A DNA stretch of 64,000 bases from Sminthopsis crassicaudata (lineage: Eukaryota): assembly GCF_048593235.1 (NCBI RefSeq), contig NC_133619.1, positions 640,500,558 through 640,564,557 on the forward strand, in the 5' to 3' direction. The translations under genes and the position numbers were made by a program. A model generated the notes under the pieces. The model worked only from the letters and a program-made list of their open reading frames with translations. It made no database searches and was not told the DNA's origin. Positions 28,066 to 39,700 of this stretch are shown piece by piece. How positions within the stretch are numbered: position 1 is the first letter of the stretch; the number at the start of each line of letters is the position of its first letter.

Positions 28066-31000
28066 TCAGCTGGGGACCTCCTGCACGCCGCAGCGCATGT
28101 TGGCGGGGACGGCGACATCTGGCGAGGGAGGAGGAGGGGAGATAAGGGGGAGCTCCCCCTGGTCGCCCCCAGGCATTCAGGCACCCCTTTCCCAAGGCCG
28201 GACCCCGGGCATCCCACCTTCCTCGTCAGGGGCCCCCAACAGCCGGACCTCCCGGCTTCTCACCGATCTGCTTGGGCTTGGGCAGGTTGAGGTTGTTCAT
28301 GACCTTGACAAAGTCCTCGCAGCTCAGCGTCAGGCGAGGGTTGAAGGTCCGCTCCTCCTCCACTGTAGACACTGTGTGCCCTGTTTGCCAACAAGCATCG
28401 CCCCATGCGCCCGTTGGGTTCCCAGAGCAGCTCTGTCTGGCCCAGAAGCCCCCAAGTCACTCTCAGGCTTCCCCCCAACCCCAGGAGTAGGGACTTCCCC
28501 TCTGAGTCTTATCCCACTTCTCTGTGGTGCAACTGCCATATTGCACCCACACTAGACTACATATCCCATCGGCCCCTGGAGCGAATCTGGCTGAGCCCCA
28601 GTGCCTTTATGGGCAGTGGCAACAAGGCTGACTCCCATGCTCTCTGGTCTGTCCCATCTCTACTGAGAAGGATGAAGTCCTCATCCTGATGCTCTCTGAG
28701 AATTCTGCTCCCTCCATTCTTAAAACACGCGGCCTGAAAGCCTCTGGGAGCTGTAGTTCTGAGTTCCCAAAGGGCTCTGGGAACTGTGGTTCTGAGTTCT
28801 CAAGGGCCTCTGGGAACTGTAGTTCTGTTCCCATCTGAAAGACCTGTGGAAACTGCAGCTTACAAGGGCTTCTGGGAGTTGTGATTCTAAGTTTCCAAGG
28901 GCCTCTAGAAACCCTGATTCTGAGCATACCCCAAAGGCCTCTGGGAGTTGGGCCCCCAAGGAGCTTGGGGAGGTGTGGATCATCTGTGTATACTCCAAGG
29001 GCTTCTGGGAGTTGCAAGTTTCCTTATATCCACAATCTACTAACCAGTCTTCCCTCCCCCCAGGCAGGAAGCCCCCAAACCTTGGTAGTCATGAGCTGGG
29101 TAAACCAGGCAGTCTCCAGGAAGGGTGAAGATCTTCTCATGGACTGAATGGTACAAGGTCTTAGCACAGCCTGGAGGGAGAGGGAAGAGGAAAGGCGGTC
29201 TGCTGATGAGGGCGGGGCTGCCCTAGAACAAATAAGATAATACTGAACAGTAGGTGCCATATTAGTGCTTATTCCACCCAACCTCCCAGGGAGAACCAGA
29301 ATCCAGCAGCAACCTCACCCACCTCCCTACCCAACATAGTGGGGCACAGAGGAAGACAAGGAAGGGAGGCTGGAGAGAAGGATGTGGCCGAAGAGGAAAA
29401 TGTCTACTCCTGGGGGCCCTGCCAGCCTCACGGTGCCATCTCAGGGGAACACCTTGTCCTCTTTGGGCCTCCATCTGCAGAAGGACCCCAGCCTCAACCC
29501 AGCAAACCCTGGCTCCCCATCCGGCTCAGCATTCTTAGAGGGAACTGCAGAGGGAGGGCGCAGACCTTGCTGGAAGTCGGTGCGGCCGCATCCTCGGATA
29601 AGTAGGGCGTCCCCCGTGAAGGCTATGCTGTGGTCACTCAGTACAAAAGTCAGGCAGCCATCCGTGTGGCCTGGGCTGGCCCGCGTCTCCAGAGCCTGAG
29701 AGGGAAACCGAGATCAGAGCAGGCCCGTCTGCCCCCACCTCACCTGGGCTCGAGGGCCTGAAGTTAGGGAAATCCACCTTTGAAATCCAGCCTCAGTTTC
29801 CCCATCTGTAAAAACAAGTGGGTCAGACAGAGGTCCCTGCCACTGCTTCATTGGCATCTGACACTCTCTGGCTGCATGACCTCCGGAAAGAGGGAGTTCC
29901 ACTGTGGCCCCACTTCCTTCCTAGAGAATTTCAAAAGAACTACTCACTTGCCAAGGGTGGCTTTTTCCTCTCCGCAGACTGCACGGAGCTGCCTGGAGGC
30001 CCTGGATTCTTTAAATTAAGTGACTTAAGAGTCACAAAGCCAGGATGGAGAATGGCATTTATCCATCAGTCACCTCAAGCGACCCCAAAATGGGGGATTT
30101 TACATGGAAAATCACGTGTGTGCGTACATATATGCGTACTTAAACACAGAATGTGGCGGAATCCTCGGTATCCCAGACGTGTGTGCGTGCACAAATACGG
30201 GTAGAGGTGACACACACATGTACAAATACACACACACATCAGAAGAGATGATGTAATAAACATCATCTCTATAAGGCCCGGGGTCCTGAGTGTATGTGTA
30301 CACATGAACACGTACAGGACACATAAACACCCAACCTTATATGTGATGTAATAAACACATAATTTTTACAAAGTCCTGCGCGTTACTGATGTGTGTGTAC
30401 CCAGACATAGATGTAGCACACATGTACAGGACACACAAACACCCATCCTTATACGTGACATAATAAACACCATCTCTACAAGGCCCAGGGCCCCATGTGC
30501 ATAACCCATGGTCATACATGTAACACACACATACAGACATACAAGCACCCATCCTTATACTTGATGTAATGAACATCGTCTCTACAAGGCCCCGTGTGCA
30601 TAACCCACGCACATACATGTAACACACACGTACAGACATACAAGCACCCATCCTTATACTTGATGTAATAAACATCGTCTCTACAAGGCCCCGTGTGCAT
30701 AACCCACGGTCATACATGTAACACACACGTACAGACATACAAGCACCCATCCTTATACTTGATGTAATAAACATCGTCTCTACAAGGTCCCGTGTGCATA
30801 ACCCACGGTCATACATGTAACACACATGTACAGACATACAAGCACCCATCCTTATACTTGATGTAATGAACATCGTCTCTACAAGGCCCCGTGTGCATAA
30901 CCCACGCACATACATGTAACACACACGTACATACATACAAGCACCCATCCTTATACTTGATGTAATAAACATCGTCTCTACAAGGTCCCGTGTGCATAAC

Positions 31001-32858
31001 CCACGCACATACATGTAACACACACGTACATACATACAAGCACCCATCCTTATACTTGATGTAATAAACATCGTCTCTACAAGGTCCCGTGTGCATAACC
31101 CACGGTCATACATGTAACACACATGTACAGACATACAAGCACCCATCCTTATACTTGATGTAATAAACATCGTCTCTACAAGGCCCCGTGTGCATAACCC
31201 ACGGTCATACATGTAACACACATGTACAGACATACAAGCACCCATCCTTATACTTGATGTAATAAACATCGTCTCTACAAGGTCCCGTGTGCATAACCCA
31301 CGCACATACATGTAACACACATGTACAGACATACAAGCACCCATCCTTATACTTGATGTAATGAACATCGTCTCTACAAGGCCCCGTGTGCATAACCCAC
31401 GCACATACATGTAACACACACGTACAGACATACAAGCACCCATCCTTATACTTGATGTAATAAACATCGTCTCTACAAGGCCCCGTGTGCATAACCCACG
31501 GTCATACATGTAACACACACGTACAGACATACAAGCACCCATCCTTATACTTGATGTAATAAACATCGTCTCTACAAGGCCCCGTGTGCATAACCCACGC
31601 ACATACATGTAACACACATGTACAGACATACAAGCACCCATCCTTATACTTGATGTAATGAACATCGTCTCTACAAGGCCCCGTGTGCATAACCCACGCA
31701 CATACATGTAACACACACGTACAGACATACAAGCACCCATCCTTATACTTGATGTAATGAACATCATCTCTACAAGGCCCAGGGCCCCGTGTGCATAACC
31801 CACGCACATACATGTAACACGCCTCCTCACAGCTCCGTAGTACCGGCCTCATCTCCCAGTGTCCCTGCGCGCTGCAGACACTGGCTGCCACTTCCTCGGC
31901 CCTCCCCTCCCTCTCCGGGGCCAAGTCCAGGGCACTAGCCCAGGATCCCAGTGAGTCACTGCCCAGTCCCCGGCCACACCTGCCCTTCTCACCCACAGCC
32001 AAGGGTGTGTTTACGGCCCCTCCAGCCAAGCCCCGGGAGCCCGCCAGACCCCTGTGCCCTGGGCAACTCACAAATCGCCCAAAGGTGAGGATGTCGCCGT
32101 CCTCGAGGAACAGGTCGGCTTTGGCCCCGCTGAGGCGGGAGATGACCGATTTGCAGCCCGGAATCATGGACCGGAGGAGCCCGGTGCCCGTGACATGGTC
32201 CGCATGGCAGTGCGTGTTGACTGTAGGGGGAGGGGAGGAGGGGATGTCAGGGGGCACGGCGCTCCCCGTCCTCTAGCGCGCGCCCTCTGGCTGGAGAGCC
32301 CGCAGCTTCCCCTCCTCCGGGGCACGCTTTCTCCTCTCGCTGCCAGTGGGGCGAGGCGGATGGCCGCCTCCAGCCGGCCCTCCCCAGCAATCAGCGGGCC
32401 TCCCGGGGGTGGGGGAGGGAAGGGTAGCCGCTCTTCCTCCGGGTGCCCGGGGCACGCTCAGGCCCCCGCGGGGCCGCCCCCGCCGCCCCGGGCCCAGGCT
32501 CACCTGCGTACCGGAGGTGCAGGCCGAGCTCCCGGACGAGCCGAGCATCCCTGGCGGCCGTCTCCAGCACGGGGTCGATCAGCACAGCCTCCCCGGAGCT
32601 CCGGTCCCCCAGCAGATACGTGTACGTGCAACTGTTGGCTTCGAAGAGCTGCAAACGGGGGGCGGGGCGCGGGGTGAAGGGGGTCCTCGCTCCCTACGCC
32701 CCCTGGCCGCTGCCCCGCTCCCCCGCCCCCGCCCGGACCCGCACCTGGCGCAGCAGGAGGCCGTCCCCCCGCGAGCTGAGCGCCCTGGGAGCCGGCCCCC
32801 GGCGCGGCCCCGGGGCCCGCAGCAGCCGGCACACGCGCAGCAGCCGCCCCGGCCCCAT
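28066..32858 (-). CDS. ETHE1: Mitochondrial persulfide dioxygenase ETHE1, about 265 aa
   Basis: Exons 32858-32745, 32648-32504, 32220-32072, 29695-29566, 29170-29081, 28380-28264, 28118-28066 (798 nt). Motifs [39 protein letters not shown] and [11 protein letters not shown]...AVPANMRCG. Arg-rich targeting peptide. Minus-strand AATAAA at 27973-27978. Confidence 0.97.
28735..29020. repeat. Diverged 33-bp tandem repeat in ETHE1 intron 5
   Basis: tgggagctgtagt at 28745, tgggaactgtggt at 28778 and tgggaactgtagt at 28811 (period 33), with more diverged copies at about 28873 and about 29006. Confidence 0.75.
30200..31820. repeat. 99-bp VNTR in ETHE1 intron 3 (13 near-identical copies plus about 3 diverged 5' copies)
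   Basis: Unit tacatgtaacacac(a/g)...gcacccatccttatacttgatgtaat(a/g)aacatcgtctctacaagg(c/t)cccgtgtgcataacccacg. The TGATGTAAT anchor steps by exactly 99 from 30562 to 31750. Confidence 0.97.
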
Positions 32859-35200
32859 CCTTGCTACAGTCAGGGCAGCAGGGACGGCCAAGGGAGCCGA
32901 GGCGGGGGAGGGGCCGAGCCCGCCCCGGGGCGGGGTCTAGACCCGCCGGGGAGGGAGGGGCCTTAAAGGGGCCGCGCATTCAAATCCCTTTTAGACTCGA
33001 GAGACTGGCGGGTTCGAATCCGGGCCTCTGGCTCTCACCCTGTCTGAGCTCAGTCCTCCAATCTGTAAGAAAGGTCTGCCAATTTCCTACGCAGGCCTAA
33101 GTGAGTTTGGGGAGCTCGAAGCGCCGAGGAAATGGGGAGAGGAGGAATTCACATGAGCGAAGCGCTGATCTCACACCAGTCCTGTAGAAAACCGAGGCTC
33201 CGAGTGGACCACGGAATAGCCCCGAGGCACGCCGGGAACCGCTGACTCTCGAGTCTCCGGCCGTTATTGGATACCCGGCCTTGTGCAGCAATTCTTCATA
33301 ATCATAACTGCTCTTCTTGTCACCGGACTCCGGACACCCAGGTTCCAATCCCGCCTTTGGCAGGGACTCAATCCCTCTCCTCCCCCCCCCCCCCCCCAGT
33401 GCTCAAGGGATGTGGGGAGGCAGGGTTTAGTAATGGAGCCGCTCTCCCCCAAGTGCAGTTCCAAGGGACGCTGCCTGTGGGCGCCTTATCCCGAGGCAAG
33501 ACTCCGGGACTCTTTTTTTTTTGCAGACTCGGACCTGAATTCAAGTCACCCGTGTGACCCTGGGCAAGTCCGTGGACCTCCCCAGTCCAGTCTCTCAGGA
33601 GGCCCAGAGGCTCGAGCAGAGGCACGCACAGATGCATGGAGGAATGGATGGATGCGGGATGCATGAACGGAGTGGGGTGGATGGATGCAAAATGAATGGG
33701 AGCTGAAATGTACCCGAAAGGCCGGCCAAGGAGAGCAGCGTGAGGCGCGATGCAGGGCTGGGAGGCAGGCCTTGGTCCTGGGGCTCAGCTGCCAGGCTCT
33801 CCCCCACCGCGCGGGGGCACTCTGCTCTAGGGGCCTCAGAGAAGACTTCCGGATCCCCGTGCTGACAGCAAGGCCTGAGGCCAGTCCTGGTTCCTGCTGC
33901 GACTGGGGGGGAGGGGGGAGCGAAGGCTGCGGAACTCTTCTTTATGGGAAGTTTAGAGAACTTGGGGGCGGGAGAAAAGTGCACAGTCACTATCCTGGGA
34001 AGGAAGCCAGAGAAGCCCCTCCTCTGCAGCCCAAAGGATACCCCTGGTTGCGGGACCCCCGCCCACATCCTCCAGTTCCGGGTCCCCGCCTCCTCAGTTC
34101 CCCCGCCCGCAAACTCCAGGACCCGCGCCCCTCATCTGCCAGCTCTCCTTAGGGCTCATGAGTTCGTGCAGCAGCTGGGCTCTCCTCTCCGCCTCCCCGG
34201 CCCCGGGCACCCCCAGCTCTGGCTCGGGGCTCCTTCGCGTGTCCATCTCGGTGTCTCGGGCTGACTCTGATCAGAAATAAAAGCTTGCAGGGACTCTCGG
34301 GAGTCTTTCGGGAGAACCCCGCCATTTTACAGATAGGCAAACTGAAGCACTGAGGAAGTGACTGCAGGCAGTATGTGTGGGCGGGCCCGGGACCTTGGGG
34401 GAGACTTTTCTCTTGGGCCTCAATCCCCGCTCTGGGAAAGGAAATCCAGACAAGAGCTGGGAGGGCTCCTGGCTAGCAAGGGAAAGCGAAGCTGTCTCAT
34501 AAGACGATCTTGATCCAGGGCGGCCACTGTAGCTTCGCTCCCCCGTTATCCTTAGATTTTTTTTGCATCTGCACGGCTCTCTCCCGATCGCCTCCGTCGG
34601 CGCATGCGCCCGTTCTCCCCTAGCTTTAGAGCTGCGCGGGTACCCTGCGTTTTGTGCTCGCTCCCGTTTTCCTCTGTAGAAAAAGTAGTACGCAGGGCGC
34701 GTGCGCGCGGCTCCGTCCCCGCCCACTTCTCGGGCGCGCGCTCCGAGCTGCAAGCCCCCGCAGAGGCCGAGGAGCAGTGCAGCAGCAGCTGGCGGCGGCG
34801 GGGGCGGCAGGAGGGGCTGGAGCCCCGCCCCCAGGGAGGGGCCGCCCGGAGGTCTGGGTGAGGGTCCAGGTCCCGGACCCTGGACCCCAAGCAGGGTGGA
34901 CGGGGCTGGGGCCCGACTCTGGGCTTGTCAAGGGGCCGAGGCCGGACGCCTGGGTCCTCCTCGCATCGTTTGCTCCAGCTGCTTCCCCTTCCAGGTCTCC
35001 TTGCGCCCTTCCCCGCCAGGCGCTGGCGATGAGACGCGACCACGGGCACGAAGGGGTTAACGAGCCCTCCATGGACCCGGAGCGAGCCTGAGCCCCGGAA
35101 CCGGGTAACTCCGCCCCCAGGCTTCTCGGCCACGCCCCCAGAACTCTAGGCCAGTCCCCTGTCACCCACGACCTCGCCCCGCGGGAAAAACCACGCCTCC
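32850..35200. promoter_or_regulatory. Divergent ETHE1/ZNF575 CpG-rich promoter region
   Basis: Head-to-head genes, GC boxes near 32925, and a perfect NRF1 palindrome GCGCATGCGC at 34600-34609. Confidence 0.65.
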
Positions 35201-35394
35201 TACTCACAGTCAACTATGGCCCCGCCCCTGATCAGCCTCCCAGAGATGCTAGGCCCCGCCCCCATGCAGGTTTCCTGCTTCTGCCAGGGCAGCCGAGCCC
35301 CCTGCGGCGCCCCATCTTGTGCCCGCTGGGGCAGACATGGCTGGCCTTGCTGAGTACCCATCTGTCCCCTCCCAGCTCCAGCCCCCCTGGCATC

Positions 35395-36382
35395 ATGCTG
35401 GAGCGAGGGGAGCAAGGGCCTGGGGGCAGAGGGAGGAGCCCTTCTGCCAAGGAGTCAGTGACCAACGGAGGGGGTGAGAACCAGGCACCTGCTGGGGGGG
35501 GGTCTCCACCCCGGGAAGAGGGCGGGGGATGCACACGGAGGGTTGGAGAATGGAGGCGTAAATCCCGCGGGCAGCCCCCTAGAAAAGGCATGGGAGGGAG
35601 GGGAGCCTCAGGAGACCCTGGGAGGGCATGGCAGCCCCAGGGGCCTCTGTGGCTGGGTGCCAGCCCTGGGGCGTTGTCTGATCCCCTCCCCAGCCTCCAG
35701 CAAAGCCTCAAAGCCGAAGCGGAGCCCCGCAGCTGTGGCCGAGCGCCCCGGTCCGTCCAGGGCCCGCCGGCCTCCACCCCTCCAGCGTCCACACCGCTGC
35801 CCGGACTGCGACAAGGCCTTCTCCTACCCCTCCAAGCTGGCTACCCACCGCCTGGCTCACGGTGGCGCCCGCCCGCACCCCTGCCCTGACTGCGACAAGG
35901 CCTTCTCCTACCCCTCCAAGCTGGCTGCCCACCGCCTCACCCATAGTGGCGCCCGCCCCTTCCCCTGTCCGGACTGCCCAAAGGCTTTTGGTCACCGATC
36001 CAAGCTGGCTGCCCACCGTTGGACCCACTCGCCGGCCCGCCCCTACCCCTGCCCAGACTGCCCCAAGTCTTTTTGCTACCCCTCCAAGCTGGCCGCCCAC
36101 CGACACACCCATGCTGGTGGCACCCGCCCCTACCCCTGCCCACAGTGCCCCAAGTCCTTCTGCTACCCCTCCAAGCTGGCAGCCCACCAGCGGCGCCACA
36201 CCCCCACTGCCCCGGGAGCCCCCATCCCGGCCGCCCCCACGCCTGCCGCCGCAGCAGACCCTCAGCACCGCTGCCCCAACTGTGGCCAAACCTTTGGCCA
36301 GCGCCGCCTCCTGGTCCTTCACCAGCGGAGCCACCGTGGAGATGGGAAGGCTGGGAAGGGAGGAAAGGGGGAGCGGGCCTAA
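35395..36382 (+). CDS. ZNF575: C2H2 zinc finger protein 575, about 255 aa
   Basis: Exons 35395-35473 (MLERGEQG...SVTNGG) and 35694-36382 (768 nt). Six C2H2 fingers: five of the CPDCxKAFSYPSKLAxH type plus CPNCGQTFGQRRLLVLHQRSH. AATAAA at 36411-36416. Confidence 0.96.
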
Positions 36383-36705
36383 ACCCTGCCCCAGGCCCTC
36401 GCCTGCTGCCAATAAAGAGACGCTTTCTACACCCGGGTTCCTGTGCGAGCACTTGGGACCCTCTGCATTGCTGCCAGGGGTGGCCCGGAGGGAGCAGTAT
36501 TACACGGAGTCCCCCCAAAAGGGGCTTCTCCACACCTTCCATGGCCCGAGGCGGGACAGCACCCCAGAGCCTGTTCCACCAAAGGAGAGAGTGCCAGGGA
36601 TCCAGCCCCACTCAGGGGTCCCCAGAAAAGGGCAGGCAGGGGCTGCTCCAATAATGACTTTTATTAGAACTTGGGGTGAAAGGGGAAGCTCATTTGCATG
36701 TCCGG

Positions 36706-39700
36706 TCAGGCCTGGGGGACCACCCCATAGAGCTGATAGGGCAGCAACCTCTGCTGCTCGTTGCAGCTGTAAATCCAGCGGGGACGCACGAAGGCCAACG
36801 ACGGGTTGTCCAGGAGGGCCTGGGGAGGACGGCACAGGCTGAGGCTGGGGCCATGTCCCAGCCCTGCCCCCCTCCCCCTTGCCCCCAGGGTGGAGCAGTG
36901 AGGGGCCCTCACCTCCTCGAAGCTGGGGTCCCACTCTTGGGCCGTGATCACAAACTGGACCTGATCATTCATGTAATCTTCTATCTCCCTGGGGGATTGT
37001 GGAGGCAACACATCAAAGGGGAGCCCCTGAACGCTCCCAATTGCCTCTCACTCCTCCCCCCAACTCTGCTGCTCTCACTCCTCCCCTCAGTACTCCCCTT
37101 ACCCCCCTTTGGCACCCCCCCCAGGAGTCTGACCCGTTGAACGCAGTAACGTAGCGGACAAGCTGCCGTCGCTCCTCACCAGGAAACTCTCCATAGAAAA
37201 AGAAGTGTTTGCCCTGGAAAAAATCTGGGGGACAGGGATGGGGATGGGACGGGACAGTAAGGGACCTTGGAAGCACCGAGCTGGCAGGTGGTCCCAGGAC
37301 AAGGGAGCTGGGAGGCAGGAAGCGCTCCCAGGGCATGCTGGGAGAGCCAGGGAGGGGGCGGGGACGCCACCTGGCAGCTCAGGGATGGGCTGGTCCGGGG
37401 GCTCGGGGCTCTCATCCTCTGTGTTTTCATCTGTGGAGCCGGCATAGGGGTCCTCTCCGTTCTCTCCTTGGTCTTGGGGCTGCTTCTGGTCCTTCGGCTT
37501 GACCACTCTGGAAAGGCACAGATCGGGTCCCAGTCAGTGCCGGGCCCTTGCCCGACCTGGCCAGGCCCGTCTCGGCTCACCCACCTCCTCAGCTCATCCT
37601 CCGTGTCCCCGGAGTCATCGGTCCCGTGGTCCTGAGCACCTGGGGGCAGAAAGCGCCAGCTTGGGCCCGGGCTCCAGGGGCCCCCCCCCCACCGCCTCAC
37701 CCTCTCCTCCCAGCTCAGGGGCCCACCTGCCAGCTCCTCTTCTGGGTCTGGGGCTCCCTGGGGCCCTCTGTGAGCCGGGCCGGCCTCCTGGGGGGATGGA
37801 GTCCTGGAGCCTGATTTAGGCCCCGCTGGGGGAGCCTGATGGTTAGCCTTGGGATGCTAAGAGAGGGTCAGGGTCACAGCATCTCACTTTGGGGTGCTCC
37901 ACCTGCCCCCCCTCCCTTCTTCCTTTCTCCTCTCTCCCTTCCCCTCCTCCTCCTTTCCCCCTCTTCCCCCTTCTCCATCCTCTCCCACTCCCTCCTTCCT
38001 GTTCCCTCTCTTTCCCCACCCACCTTCCATTCCTTTCTCCCTCAGACCCGGTGGCCGCCCCCCCCCCCCAGGCCCCTACATCTGCTCTGGCTTCCAATTG
38101 CTCTGGCCCCAGAGGTGCTGGCTGGGCCCCTCAGCCTTACCTTGGTGGTGGGAGGGGGCGGCGTCTCCTCATCGCTGCTGGAGTCCGGGCCTGCCATGAG
38201 GTAGCTGGGGAGGGGTGCAGGGGTAAAGGTTAGGCACGGAGTCAGTCAGAGATCAGAACCCCCCCCACCTCTCCCCTGAGGGGTGCTCACCGCCGACAGG
38301 GCAACCTCCGCCGCATGCGGTGGCAGTCCAGCACCCACTCCTTGCGCACGATGCGCCCGCCCCGGCTCAGGACCGCGCTGTACTTGGGCGTGTTGGCAAA
38401 GGCACAGCTGAGGGCAAAGGGCAGAGGTCAGGAAGATGCTTGGGGCCCCCTGGAATGAATAGGAAGGGAATGGGCGGGCAGCTTACATGAGGTGGGTGCT
38501 GTCCGAGGTCCAGTCTGGCCGGTACTTGGCGCCGAGCTCCAGGGCCTTGTCCCGAAGCTCTGAGCGGAAGGGGTTCTGGAAACCGCTCAGGACCACCACG
38601 ACGCCCTCCAGGATCCTCCCCAGCTCCACAGGCCCAGGCCTGGGCCCGGCCCTAGCCTTCGGCCCTTTCTTTTCAGCTTGGGGAGGCCCCTGGGCCGGGG
38701 CTGGGCCCGTAGCAGGCCCTGAGAGAGGCAGAAAATTGTGACTCTGGGTCCTGGAGGTCTAAGGACCCCAGGCCCAGCCCCCTCTGGCTGCCTCACCTTT
38801 GGGCTTCTTGGGGGCTGGTAGCTTAGGGTGGGCCGGACGGGCCTGGGCTCTGTTTCCTGGTTCATCCTGGCTTAAGTCCAGTTTCCTCTTTCCCTTGGGA
38901 GACTCTTGGGGCTGGGGAAAGGAGGGGCGTATGGGGACACATCCGGCTATCTGGTCACCCCCCCAGGATCCCCACTTGCTGAGGGCACTCACCTTGCCGG
39001 GAGCTTTGCTTGCAGAGGGGGGCTGAGGGGACGACAAGGGAGGAGTCTGGGGGGTCACGCCCTCGGAGGCCTGCAGGGTGGCGGCTGCGTAGCTGGGGCC
39101 CGGCTGCTCTCTGGGGGGGGCTGGGAGGAGAGCCAGCTTCCAGGAGCTGCGCCAGAGCCTGGGGACCTGACTGGCGGCCAGCCCCGAAGTCTCTCCCACA
39201 GCCTTAGAGACCTCTTGATCCCCCCTCGCCCAGTCCCTGACTTCCCGTTCCTTGGGAACAGGAACCCCAACCTCCCGGCCTCAGAGGGAGCCAGGCCGAC
39301 TCCTCGGGCCCAGTCCTACTTCACCTGGGGAAGCCTTGCTGGCCCGGCTGAAGAAGAGGGACCCGGGTCTCAGGGAGCTGCCGGTGCCATCGTCCTCCTT
39401 CACTCGGAAGGCTCCCAGCTTGGTCACCTTCTGTGAAGAAGCGGGGTCAGGGGAGGGGGCAGCCCCCGGCCAGAGGCAGCAGAGAGACAAGTGGGGACAC
39501 TCACGGGGCAGGGGCTGCTCTCGGGCTCCTCCTTCTCCGGGGGGCTGTGCAGACGTATAAAACTCAGGCCGTAGGCAGAGTCCTGGAGGGCCAGAAAGGG
39601 GAGAGAGCTGCAAGGCTCGGGGAGCCCCTGGGCCCCCTCCCGGCCCCCCGGGGAGCCCGCCGCCGCCCCGACCTTGCTGTAGGGCTGGCTGCACACGATC

